From assembly GCA_965248055.1 (NCBI GenBank), contig CBDFIJ010000004.1, positions 1,984,001 through 2,048,000 of the forward strand: a DNA stretch of 64,000 bases, given 5' to 3'. This document shows positions 29,071 to 37,948 of the stretch, piece by piece; within the stretch, counting starts at the first letter, position 1, and each line of letters starts with the position of its first letter. The notes beneath the pieces are model-generated. The model was not told the DNA's origin, did not search any database, and worked only from the letters and a program-made list of their open reading frames with translations. The position numbers were made by a program, and so were the translations under genes. The DNA is from Candidatus Multivoradales bacterium (lineage in GTDB: Bacteria; Acidobacteriota; Thermoanaerobaculia; Multivoradales; JAHEKO01).

Positions 29071-30185
29071 AGGTCTTGATCAGTTGCTATCCGACCATGG
29101 GTGGCTCGGGAGTGATTGCCACAGAGTTGGCGATGGCGTTGGCAGCATCTGGTGACGAGGTCCACGTTGTCAGTTATGCGATGCCATCCAGGCTTCAATT
29201 GGTCCACCCGAGGCTATTTTTCCACCAGGTGGAGGTACCTAAATATCCACTTTTTGAGTATCCACCTTATTCCTTAGCGTTGGCAACGACCATGGTAGAC
29301 GTGGTTAAGAATCAAGATGTCGACCTCGTACACGTCCACTATGCGGTCCCCAATGCGGTATCAGCCGTACTGGCCCGGCAAATCTTGGCCCCTCGCTCGG
29401 TCAAAGTTGTGACCACCTTGCACGGCACCGACATAACCTTGGTCGGCAATGATCCCAGTTACCTTGCGACAACTCGTTTTGGTATCGACGAAAGCGACGA
29501 AGTAACCGCCGTGTCCCAAGCCTTGGCCGAGACGACCCGCAGTGAGTTCGGCATTTCGCGCCCCATCACCGTGGTTCCGAACTTCATTGACCCTACTCGG
29601 TATCAAGGCTTGGACCCTGAGGGTGCCCAGCGGTGGCGGCAAGACGGCGAGAAGATTCTGATTCATGTTTCCAATTTTCGTCCCGTCAAGCGGCTTTGGG
29701 ATGTCATCCGAACATTCCGTTTGGTCAACGAACAGATCCCTTCGCGGTTGCTGTTGGTCGGCGATGGGCCTGAACGGGTGCGTGCAGAACGAGAGTGTCG
29801 CAAACTTGATATCTGCGACCGAGTGGTGTTTCTGGGAAACGTCGGCGCGATCGAGGAAGTTGTCAGTGGTGCAGACCTATTGCTGCTTCCGTCAGAGACC
29901 GAGTCTTTTGGGCTAGTGGCTTTGGAGGCGATGGCGGCTGGCGTGCCAGTCATCGCTACCGAGGTCGGCGGTCTTCCGGAGGTTGTGCAACACGGGGTCC
30001 ACGGTTTTCTCCATCCGGTCGGAGGGGTGGAACAAATGGCCCAGAGCGCGGTCTCCTTGCTTACCGATTCGGATAGACATCGCGCGTTTTCTAATGCAGC
30101 GCGGGATCGGGCGATGACGGATTTCCCGCAAGACCGAGTGGTCGGCATGTACCGTGAGGTCTACCGAGCAGCTCTTGAACGCTGA
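29067..30185 (+). CDS. bshA: N-acetyl-alpha-D-glucosaminyl L-malate synthase
   Basis: CYPTMGGSGVIATEL, YPLFEYPPY, HVHYAVP, TTLHGTDIT, SNFRPVKR, ESFGLVALEAM. Confidence 0.95.
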   Translation: MKVLISCYPTMGGSGVIATELAMALAASGDEVHVVSYAMPSRLQLVHPRLFFHQVEVPKYPLFEYPPYSLALATTMVDVVKNQDVDLVHVHYAVPNAVSAVLARQILAPRSVKVVTTLHGTDITLVGNDPSYLATTRFGIDESDEVTAVSQALAETTRSEFGISRPITVVPNFIDPTRYQGLDPEGAQRWRQDGEKILIHVSNFRPVKRLWDVIRTFRLVNEQIPSRLLLVGDGPERVRAERECRKLDICDRVVFLGNVGAIEEVVSGADLLLLPSETESFGLVALEAMAAGVPVIATEVGGLPEVVQHGVHGFLHPVGGVEQMAQSAVSLLTDSDRHRAFSNAARDRAMTDFPQDRVVGMYREVYRAALER

Positions 30186-30768
30186 CTACCAGGCACCCAT
30201 TAGCCGGACGCGGAGTGAGATACGTGTCAAAGGATCTCGCTTTCTCGCCATCATCGAACCGGTTCTGACGCCCAACGAGGCCATGCAACAGATCGCGAAA
30301 CTACGCGCAGAGCACTCCTCAGCAACCCATCTGTGCTGGGCGTGGCGCCTTGGGAGAGAGGCCCAGGAACGCTGTTCAGATGCTGGAGAGCCTTGGGGTA
30401 CCGCTGGAAAGCCGCTCTTGAGCGTTCTGTCCGGCGCTGCGGTTTCCGATGCTCTAGTCGGGGTAGCCAGGTGGTTTGGTGGCACCAAGTTGGGCCGAGG
30501 CGGCCTGGTAAGAGCATATGCGGAGGTAGCCCGAGCCGCTCTTGAGGAATGCAGTCTGGAAAGTCGGCTCCCGGTTGTTACGGTTGGATTGCACGCGAGC
30601 TACGGCCAATGGGGCGCCGTTGAGCGTTTGGTAGCGTCCCTGAAGGGTGAAATGGACGCAGCGTTTGGCGAGGTGGTCTCCGCTAAGGTCACCGTTCACG
30701 CGGCGGATTCGCAGGAACTGGTTGCCCGACTTGCGGATCTGGGAGTGCTCTCGGTGGAAGAAGGTTAG
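30154..30768 (+). CDS. yigZ: YigZ/IMPACT family protein
   Basis: KGSRF, ATHLCWAW, DAGEP.GTAGKP, RWFGGTKLGRGGLVRAY; start uncertain. Confidence 0.88.
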   Translation: MRSTEQLLNADYQAPISRTRSEIRVKGSRFLAIIEPVLTPNEAMQQIAKLRAEHSSATHLCWAWRLGREAQERCSDAGEPWGTAGKPLLSVLSGAAVSDALVGVARWFGGTKLGRGGLVRAYAEVARAALEECSLESRLPVVTVGLHASYGQWGAVERLVASLKGEMDAAFGEVVSAKVTVHAADSQELVARLADLGVLSVEEG

Positions 30769-30933
30769 GTGATGGAAGTTCCGATCAACCCGGTGGAGCC
30801 TACTGGTAGCTATGGGATCGACCCACGTCGAACCGTCGCCAAGTCGACTGGCCTTGTCACATATGCGAAGCGCAACTACACTCAACCGAAGCTTGCGGCT
30901 TGCAAAGCTAGAGAAAACTAAGGAGGTTGGTTG

Positions 30934-31341
30934 ATGAGTGACCACGAAGTTTCTAACGATTCCGCCGAATCGAACGGCGCCACTGAATCCGCGCCACCCC
31001 CGCCCCCACCCTCTTCCGCCCCCGCGAACGAAGGTCCCGAGAACAAGAGTCTGATGTTGGTCTTGTCGTACTTGTGGATCTTGGCGCTGATCCCACTGTT
31101 GGTAGAGAAAGACAGCGAGGTGCAATGGCACGCCAAGAATGGCCTGGTATGGACTATCGCCGAGTTTCTAATGCACGTAGTGCTGACGATTCTGGGTATG
31201 GCTACCGCATTTGTTGGTTGTTTTCTGGGTCCGGTCTTGATGTTTGGCTGGTTGATCGTACGTATTTTGGGAATTATGAAGGCACTCAAAGGTGATCGCC
31301 TTGAATTGCCGGTACTTTCTCAGTTCAACGAGAAGTTTTAG
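30934..31341 (+). CDS. DUF4870-like membrane protein
   Basis: LSYLWILALIP..V.WHAKNG, GIMKALKG...LP; GGAGG RBS. Confidence 0.75.
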   Translation: MSDHEVSNDSAESNGATESAPPPPPPSSAPANEGPENKSLMLVLSYLWILALIPLLVEKDSEVQWHAKNGLVWTIAEFLMHVVLTILGMATAFVGCFLGPVLMFGWLIVRILGIMKALKGDRLELPVLSQFNEKF

Positions 31342-31369
31342 CGTCAGCTGAGAACGGAGGACACAGAGG

Positions 31370-32035
31370 ATGAATCAACCACTCGGCAACGCCTGGGAGC
31401 GCCGGGGCGAGCACGGCTTCGTCAAGGGCTTGATCGGCGGACTCAAAGATTTTGTCACCCAGCCCGGGCAGACCTACGAGCAGACCCGACGGTCTGGCGA
31501 CTTGCTCAGCCCGCTGTTGTACGCTGTGATTTTAGGCGTAGTTGCCCAGGCTTTGGGATTGGTGTGGAAGATGTTGTTCGGACGCAACTGGATGCAATAC
31601 CTACCCCCGGAAGCCAGGGAACAAATGGATTCGTGGGGCGTTTTGGGAGCCACTTCCGCTGGCGGAGGTCTTGTTTGGTTGATTTTTGCCCCGTTGTTCA
31701 TTGTCGTGGTGCTGTTTATCTGGGCGGCAATTCTGCATCTCTGTTTGCTGGTAGTCGGGGGGCTCAAAGACTCTGAGGCCGGATTCGAAGGAACCTTGCG
31801 CAGCGTCTCGTACGCACAAACCGCAAGTTTGGCGCAGGTGATCCCGCTGATTGGGGGTTTGGTCGCCTTTGTTTGGATGATGGTCTTGACGGTGATCGGA
31901 TTCATTCGCCTGCACCGTACCAGCGAAGGCAAGGCGATCGTGGGGGTAGTGCTCCCGCTGCTGCTTTGTTGTGTCTGTGTTGTGGTGGCGATCGGATTCG
32001 GCATCGCAGGAGTGGCTGCGGCATTTAGTAACTAG
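31370..32035 (+). CDS. YIP1 family membrane protein
   Basis: WERR..GF, P...Y, five TM helices, FEGTLR.V.YA. Confidence 0.78.
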   Translation: MNQPLGNAWERRGEHGFVKGLIGGLKDFVTQPGQTYEQTRRSGDLLSPLLYAVILGVVAQALGLVWKMLFGRNWMQYLPPEAREQMDSWGVLGATSAGGGLVWLIFAPLFIVVVLFIWAAILHLCLLVVGGLKDSEAGFEGTLRSVSYAQTASLAQVIPLIGGLVAFVWMMVLTVIGFIRLHRTSEGKAIVGVVLPLLLCCVCVVVAIGFGIAGVAAAFSN

Positions 32036-32045
32036 GATTTAGAAG

Positions 32046-32432
32046 GTGTCCAGTGGACGACAACAAGCACTCTTGTGGGGTGTGGTGGCTGTGGTTTTAA
32101 TCCTGGCGGCGCCTCTAATCGCAGCAGCAGTTCCGGCGATTCCAGGATGTCCACTGAAGACGATTTCTGGAGTGCCCTGTCCAGCTTGTGGGTCTGGACG
32201 CGCTGCCATCGCCTTGAGCCAGGGGCATTTCGGCGAGGCGTTCCGCTGGAATCCAGGGGCGTCGTCATTTGCAGTTTTGTTCGTCGTTGGTGGATTGGCG
32301 TTCGGGACCGCCGCGGCTCGCGGTATTGAGCCTCCGGGCTTGGTGAGAGAGCTTCCGGTTTGGGCTCGATGGGGTTTGCTGTCGCTGTTGGTTGTGAACT
32401 GGATCTACGTTTGGCGGGTTGCCGAGTTATAG
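32046..32432 (+). CDS. DUF2752 membrane protein
   Basis: CPLKTISGVPCPACGSGRA...G....A..NP. Confidence 0.85.
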   Translation: MSSGRQQALLWGVVAVVLILAAPLIAAAVPAIPGCPLKTISGVPCPACGSGRAAIALSQGHFGEAFRWNPGASSFAVLFVVGGLAFGTAAARGIEPPGLVRELPVWARWGLLSLLVVNWIYVWRVAEL

Positions 32433-32459
32433 AAACGGGTACTCCGTTAGGGATAAACC

Positions 32460-32987
32460 ATGTGCGCTGACCATCGACCTAACCCGGAAGAGTACGCTGA
32501 GTACTATCAGGGATATATCGGGCAGGTTCCAGAGGGGCCGATTCTCGCGCGGCTAGAAACGCAGGTAGACAAGTTGCAGCGAGATCTGCTGGCAGTCGAC
32601 GAAGTCTCGGCGAATTTCCGCTATCAAGAAGGAAAGTGGAGTGCCAGGCAAGTGTTGGGTCACATGACGGACGTAGAGGCGGTTTTTGCCTACCGAGCCC
32701 TGGCGATAGCTCGCGGCGACAGCCAAGCGATCCCAGGGATGGACCAGGATGCATGGATGGAAGCGTCTCCCTTCGAGCAACAAACTTGGCGGCAACTGAT
32801 CGACAACTTGATCGCCCAGCGTCGGGTAACGCTGTCCATCTTTTGCGGACTGAGCGATCAAGATTGGGATCGAACGGGTGTTGCTTCTGACTGCCGTTTT
32901 ACCGTTCGATCAATCGCCTGGATCCTTGCCGGGCACTGGATCCACCACAAGACGATTTTGCGCGATCGCTACCAAATCGGCGATTAA
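32460..32987 (+). CDS. DinB superfamily protein (possible thiol S-transferase)
   Basis: RP...EY..YY..YI, GKWS..QVLGH..D.E, GH..HH metal triad. Confidence 0.85.
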   Translation: MCADHRPNPEEYAEYYQGYIGQVPEGPILARLETQVDKLQRDLLAVDEVSANFRYQEGKWSARQVLGHMTDVEAVFAYRALAIARGDSQAIPGMDQDAWMEASPFEQQTWRQLIDNLIAQRRVTLSIFCGLSDQDWDRTGVASDCRFTVRSIAWILAGHWIHHKTILRDRYQIGD

Positions 32988-33007
32988 TTCTGGGAGGTAT
33001 CAAACCA

Positions 33008-33322
33008 ATGCCCATTCGCCGTTCGGTCATTTGGTTGGTCGTAGCGCTGGCGATCTTGGCGATCGATGCCAGCCGTGCCCCGCAGTCTCAGGTGACCGGT
33101 CGAATGGCCGGTGCAGCGATCAACGCCTACCAGGCCATGCTATCTCCTTGGATGGGTAGTTTCGGTGTGGGGTGCCGTTTTGATCCAACTTGTAGCCACT
33201 ACGGCGAAGAAGTGATCCGACGTTACGGGATTGCACGGGGAGGCTATTTGGTGGCCAGAAGAATTGTTCGTTGTGGACCGTGGACACCAGCGGGAACCAG
33301 CGATCCACCACCGACGGACTAG
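33008..33322 (+). CDS. yidD: Membrane protein insertion efficiency factor
   Basis: YQ..LSP, CRFDPTCSHY, RIVRCGPW, DPPP. Confidence 0.88.
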   Translation: MPIRRSVIWLVVALAILAIDASRAPQSQVTGRMAGAAINAYQAMLSPWMGSFGVGCRFDPTCSHYGEEVIRRYGIARGGYLVARRIVRCGPWTPAGTSDPPPTD

Positions 33323-33342
33323 GCCTGTGCCTTCTGAGTGCG
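33162..33342 (+). repeat. Direct repeat copy A (181 bp; yidD 3' half plus 20 bp downstream)
   Basis: Aligns ungapped to 36080-36260 with about 17 mismatches by manual count. Confidence 0.92.
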
Positions 33343-33604
33343 TGGTTAAGCACAGCGCTTTCACCCCGAACCGCACAATTTCGCTTCTTAGTGGCAGACC
33401 GCAACGCGACACATCGTACCGTACCTCGAAGTGACTGAGAACCACCGCTGATTTGGCGAGCAGCCGCTATACTTCGAGGTTGGTCAAGTGTTCATCGAAG
33501 GCTAGATTCGAGGAGATCGAGGAGCAACGTACGCAAGGTGAGGCGGTGAACGACCGTGGCTGGCGCGTCGCGGGAATGCTACCTATGGAGTTACAATCAC
33601 CCAG

Positions 33605-34474
33605 GTGAACCAGAACAAACTCTTCTTCGCCCGCTGCCTCTACTGGACCGGGTTGGAGGCGGCACTTCGCGGCCTGTTGTCAGCTGTATGGGGACGACAT
33701 GTACGCGTGGTCAACTATCACGATGTACCGTTGTCACTGGCCGACAATTTTGAGCGTCAATTGCGTTTCTTCCTTCGGCATTTCGTCGCCGTTACGCCGG
33801 GTGAACTGGAGGCTCTGCGTACGGGCGAGTCGGTAGAGCGGCTGCACGCCAAACCCGGCCTGATCCTGACCTTTGATGACGGATATCGCTCCCACTCAGA
33901 CGTTGTGGCGCCGCTACTTCAGAAGCATGGCTTTGTCGGTTGGTTCTTTGTTCCGGCCGCCTTTCCGTCGGTGCCAGCAGCGGAGCAGGTCGGCTGGGCG
34001 CACGAGCACAAGATCTTTCCCGCTGAGCCAGTAATGGGCGAACGGGTCGCTATGACCTGGGGCGAGGTCCGGCGACTGGCCCAAGACCACGTGGTGGGCT
34101 GTCACGCGATGCATCATCGCAGGCTGGCGGATTCGCTTACGGTGGAGGACTTGGAGATCGAGATCCCGCTCGCCAAAAATCAACTAGAAGCTGAGCTTGG
34201 CGGCAAAGTGAGTTCGTTCGGTTGGGTGGGCGGCGAGGAATGGTCGTATAGCGCCGCGGCAGCCGACGCCATCCGTCAAGCTGGGTTCCGCTGGAGCTTC
34301 ATGACCAACAATGCTGTCCTGCGTCCTGGATTTGAACCACTGCAGATCCAGCGCACTAACATCGAGGCGAATTATCCCGATGTCGTGACGAGCTTCCAGG
34401 TCTGCGGCCTGCTCGATCTTCTGTACTGGCCCAAGCGACGCCGTGTGAACCGCATTACCGCTGCAGACGGCTAA
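33605..34474 (+). CDS. Polysaccharide deacetylase (CE4/NodB)
   Basis: YHDV, LTFDDGY, MTW.EV, GCH...H motifs. Confidence 0.88.
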   Translation: MNQNKLFFARCLYWTGLEAALRGLLSAVWGRHVRVVNYHDVPLSLADNFERQLRFFLRHFVAVTPGELEALRTGESVERLHAKPGLILTFDDGYRSHSDVVAPLLQKHGFVGWFFVPAAFPSVPAAEQVGWAHEHKIFPAEPVMGERVAMTWGEVRRLAQDHVVGCHAMHHRRLADSLTVEDLEIEIPLAKNQLEAELGGKVSSFGWVGGEEWSYSAAAADAIRQAGFRWSFMTNNAVLRPGFEPLQIQRTNIEANYPDVVTSFQVCGLLDLLYWPKRRRVNRITAADG

Positions 34475-34478
34475 GTCC

Positions 34479-35621
34479 ATGCACGTCGTCCACCACTTCA
34501 CCGAGATTCGGCGTGAGGGCGGCGGTGTACCCCGAGCAGTTCTCGACCTAGTGAGGGTGCAGGCTGAGGCCGGACTTCAAGTCAGCTTGCTGACCGCCGA
34601 AGGCAGCGAACTGCCTGATGAAAAGGAGGTCCAGGCCAAGGTTCTGGAGCCCGTCCGCAGGCCGCTCCAGCGGCTCTCGCGTTCGGGTCGTCGGTGTGCG
34701 GCCGAGGTTCTAAAAGATGCCGATGTGGTGCATCTGCATGGTCTCTGGCGGCCCCGCAATGCCCAGATCGCCCGGCTGGCTCGGCGACTCGGACGGCCCG
34801 TCGTAGTGTCGCCCCACGGCATGCTCAACTCGTGGGGGATGGCCCAGGGCACCCTGCGCAAGGCTCTCTACTTCAGGCTATTCGAGCGCCGTACGCTGCG
34901 CGAAGCGGCGGCGGTGCACTTCGCCGCCGCCCGGGAGCGTGACGAGGCGGCGCGATGGCTGCCAGGCGTGCGCAGTGTTGTCATTCCACTGGCGGTGGAT
35001 CTGGTACCTTTCTTGGAGCTTCCCGGGCCGGACTTGATCAAGGAGAGCAATCCAGAACTGGCGGGTGATGTGCCGGTCATCCTCATGCTCGGGCGGCTCC
35101 ATCCGGGCAAGCGCGCCGACCTTCTTCTGGAAGCTGCTGCCATCCTATGCCAGCGTGGAGTGCAGTTCCGGCTCGTTTTTGCCGGTCGTGGGGAGTCGGC
35201 ATACGAGGGGGAGCTTCGAGCCCTCGTGTCGCGTTATGATCTCGCGGATCACGTGCGATTCTTGGGCTTGGTGGTGGGGCGTGAGAAGCTGTCGCTTTAT
35301 CAGCGGGCTCGGGTCTTCGCACTGCCCACAGAGCACGAGAACTTCGGACTAGTGTTCTTCGAGTCGCTGCTTTGTGGTACGCCGGTGCTGACGACTAGAG
35401 GGGCCGACACATGGCGTGAACTAAAGGAAAGCGGGGGGGTGCGCATCGTCGGTGCTACGTTCGACACCACAGCCGCGGCCTTCGCCGATCAACTGGCCGA
35501 GTTGCTGGCCGACGGTGTGCTGTGCCGGTCGATGGGTGAGTCGGGCAGGCAGTGGAGTATTGAGTACCTCGACGTCGGTCGTGTGATCGCAGGTTTTCGC
35601 GACCTCTACTTCAGCCTGTAG
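34479..35621 (+). CDS. GT4 glycosyltransferase
   Basis: HLHGLW, SPHGML, GRLHPGKR, ENFGLVFFESL.CGTPV. Confidence 0.9.
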   Translation: MHVVHHFTEIRREGGGVPRAVLDLVRVQAEAGLQVSLLTAEGSELPDEKEVQAKVLEPVRRPLQRLSRSGRRCAAEVLKDADVVHLHGLWRPRNAQIARLARRLGRPVVVSPHGMLNSWGMAQGTLRKALYFRLFERRTLREAAAVHFAAARERDEAARWLPGVRSVVIPLAVDLVPFLELPGPDLIKESNPELAGDVPVILMLGRLHPGKRADLLLEAAAILCQRGVQFRLVFAGRGESAYEGELRALVSRYDLADHVRFLGLVVGREKLSLYQRARVFALPTEHENFGLVFFESLLCGTPVLTTRGADTWRELKESGGVRIVGATFDTTAAAFADQLAELLADGVLCRSMGESGRQWSIEYLDVGRVIAGFRDLYFSL

Positions 35622-36014
35622 CTCATCCTTCCTTGGGGCGCTCCAAGATATCCCGCCACATAGCGCAGACAGACAGGCCTCGCAAATCTGCTACGAGAAT
35701 GCCCAAGCCTACCGCGCTTTCCCGCAGCGCGACGTGGAAGCTTTCGTCAAGGGCGAGGCGCTCGGCTACCAGCAACCGCGCCGGCTGTGTCGTACATGAC
35801 GACGAAGTCGCGTCGGGTGGTGAGATTACGCACGCGCAGAACGGCCTCGCCACAGCCATCCGTCATCTGAACTATCTAGGCCACCCAGCCAGCACAGTAA
35901 CGGGCCGCTAGCCGGTTCCGAGGTTGACGAGGTGGATCGTGCAGAACTGAATCCCTTCCGTGTCGGCAAGGTGCTTGTCGCCTGTCCAGTTTGAAAACTT
36001 TCGCCGAGGGAAGT

Positions 36015-36240
36015 TCGGCCATTCGGCTTCTCGTCACATTGGCAGTGCTGGCGCTCAACACCAGCTGTGCGCTGTAGTCTCGGTGTGGGGTGCCGTTTCG
36101 ATCCAACTTGTAGCCACTACGGTGAAGAAGTGATTCGACATCATGGGATTGCACGGGGTAGCTATCTGCTAGCCAGGAGGATTGTTCGTTGTGGACCGTG
36201 GACACCAGTGGGAACCAGCGATCCACCTCCGACGGACTAG
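36015..36240 (+). pseudogene. yidD: Decayed yidD copy (nonsense at 36075-36077, about 74-bp internal deletion)
   Basis: SAIRLLVTLAVLALNTSCAL*S matches SVIWLVVALAILAIDASRAPQS, then jumps to GVGCRFDPTCSHY...DPPPTD*. Confidence 0.88.
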
Positions 36241-36260
36241 TCTTGTGCCTTCTGAGTGCG
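36080..36260 (+). repeat. Direct repeat copy B (181 bp)
   Basis: About 90% identical to 33162-33342. Confidence 0.92.
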
Positions 36261-36282
36261 CGATAGCAGACGGAGGGTGGGA

Positions 36283-37524
36283 TCAGGAGACCGACGGAGC
36301 AGGCTGGGGCAGAAAATGGCGTAGCCCGGCATACAGAAGACCGGTAATCGCCAGCGCTGGGATGGTGGCTCCGGTGACCGAACCGTTGACTTGAAACCAC
36401 TGGTAGGCCAATGCGCCGAAAATCCAAGCAATCGAGCTTGCAAGCGCGAACTGTCCGGTTGGGGTGGGGTCAGACACTTTGCGTCCGGTGAAGAAATGGA
36501 CCAGCGCGATGGCGACGATAGGCAGTAACAGGGTCGCGATCCACTCCATGAAACCGGCGTAGCGATTGAGTAGTCGCGGCGATGCCATGCCGAGGGCGGT
36601 GCCGACTCCACCCATGGTCAACACGGTCAGCCGCTGCGGCGCGCCAGCCCAAAGGTTCTTGACCGCCAGCGACGAAAGATAGATGTTGACGAAGTTGGTG
36701 GTGACCGTGGAAAGAGCCATCAACACCAAGGTGTAGACCGGCAACCCCAGTCCCAAGATCATTGCCGTCGGGCTGTTGCCGCCACTGGCCAGTCCCCCGC
36801 CTGCGCCCACCAGCATCAACCACGCACTGGATAGAGTCAACCCAAAGAACACCGATCGGCTGGCCATCGCCTCCTTGACCTGAAAGCGGGTGTAGTCTGC
36901 GAACATCAAGCTCCAACTGACCTGATATCCAGCCACTAAATCGAGCCCGGCCAGTAGCGGCATACTGCCGTCACCTGCCTGATGCAGTGCTTCTCGACCG
37001 CCGGCACCAAACAACTGAACGGTGAGAGCGATTCCCACCAGAACCAACAAGGGCACTGCGAATCGATCAAATATCGCCATCGCGCGGGGCCCAAACAAGG
37101 CGACGCTGATCGCCAAAACACCGACCACTAGACCCCACATGGCTTGCGGCTGATCGGTGAGTTGCGCCATCGCCTCGGCGGCAATGACATTGTTAACTGC
37201 GATCCAAGCGAAGTTGGTGATGATGAGTAAGACGCTGATAGTCGCCGCTCCGCCGATGCCGAAAGGATGGCGGAGAACCACCATCGACGGTAGACCAAAG
37301 CGAGGGCCGAGCCGAGAAAGAAAAGCCAGTGGCAGGGTGCCCACCAGCATCCCCAACGACACAATCAGAGTTGCTTGAGAGAAGGAAAACGCGGGAGCCA
37401 AAGATCCCCCGGTTACCAGTGTCGTGGTGACGATATTCGCGCCAGCGAACAACAGCAGCACATCCATCACCGAAGCGGTGCGCTCTTGCAGCGGAATGGG
37501 GTGAAGATCGAGACCGGCTTGCAT
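36283..37524 (-). CDS. NCS1 purine/cytosine permease (CytX-like)
   Basis: FAGANI, G.R.GLPSM...R.PFG..G, SW.....DY.RF, TTNFVNIYLS; about 12 TM; start uncertain. Confidence 0.85.
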   Translation of the reverse strand: MQAGLDLHPIPLQERTASVMDVLLLFAGANIVTTTLVTGGSLAPAFSFSQATLIVSLGMLVGTLPLAFLSRLGPRFGLPSMVVLRHPFGIGGAATISVLLIITNFAWIAVNNVIAAEAMAQLTDQPQAMWGLVVGVLAISVALFGPRAMAIFDRFAVPLLVLVGIALTVQLFGAGGREALHQAGDGSMPLLAGLDLVAGYQVSWSLMFADYTRFQVKEAMASRSVFFGLTLSSAWLMLVGAGGGLASGGNSPTAMILGLGLPVYTLVLMALSTVTTNFVNIYLSSLAVKNLWAGAPQRLTVLTMGGVGTALGMASPRLLNRYAGFMEWIATLLLPIVAIALVHFFTGRKVSDPTPTGQFALASSIAWIFGALAYQWFQVNGSVTGATIPALAITGLLYAGLRHFLPQPAPSVS

Positions 37525-37606
37525 GGAGAGTCTCAGAGGAACCGAGAGGCGCGATGCTAGCATCGGTAGCTGGTTGATCCCTTACTGGTCGGCGATTTCA
37601 AGAAAC

Positions 37607-37927
37607 ATGTCTAAACTGATCGAATTCAGACGCAACCCTGAAATGCGGAGCGCTCGCCTCACCTGGGATGACGGGCACACGGCGGAATTTTCATACGACC
37701 ATCTACGCGGCTATTGCCCGTGTGCTGGCTGTCAGGGGCACGGCGCCATGGGTATCAAGTTCTATCCAGTGAGCCAGCAGGTCGATGCGGTCTCGGTAGA
37801 GCCGGTGGGGCGATACGGAATCTCCATCCATTGGTCGGATGGTCACGCTACCGGGATCTACCGCTTCGATTTTTTGCGTGAGATTTGTCCGTGTGAGGTG
37901 TGCACGGCAGAGAAAGTCGCGGGCTAG
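37607..37927 (+). CDS. DUF971 (GBBH N-terminal-like) protein
   Basis: W.DGH, LRGYCPCAGCQGH, VGRYG..I.WSDGH.TGIY..LR. Confidence 0.88.
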   Translation: MSKLIEFRRNPEMRSARLTWDDGHTAEFSYDHLRGYCPCAGCQGHGAMGIKFYPVSQQVDAVSVEPVGRYGISIHWSDGHATGIYRFDFLREICPCEVCTAEKVAG

Positions 37928-37948
37928 CAGCGCTCGTTGAACAGAAGG

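Noticed and set aside
37524-37607. TPP riboswitch ahead of the CytX-like permease
   Set aside because: Gap is only about 80 bp and lacks a recognisable TPP aptamer core
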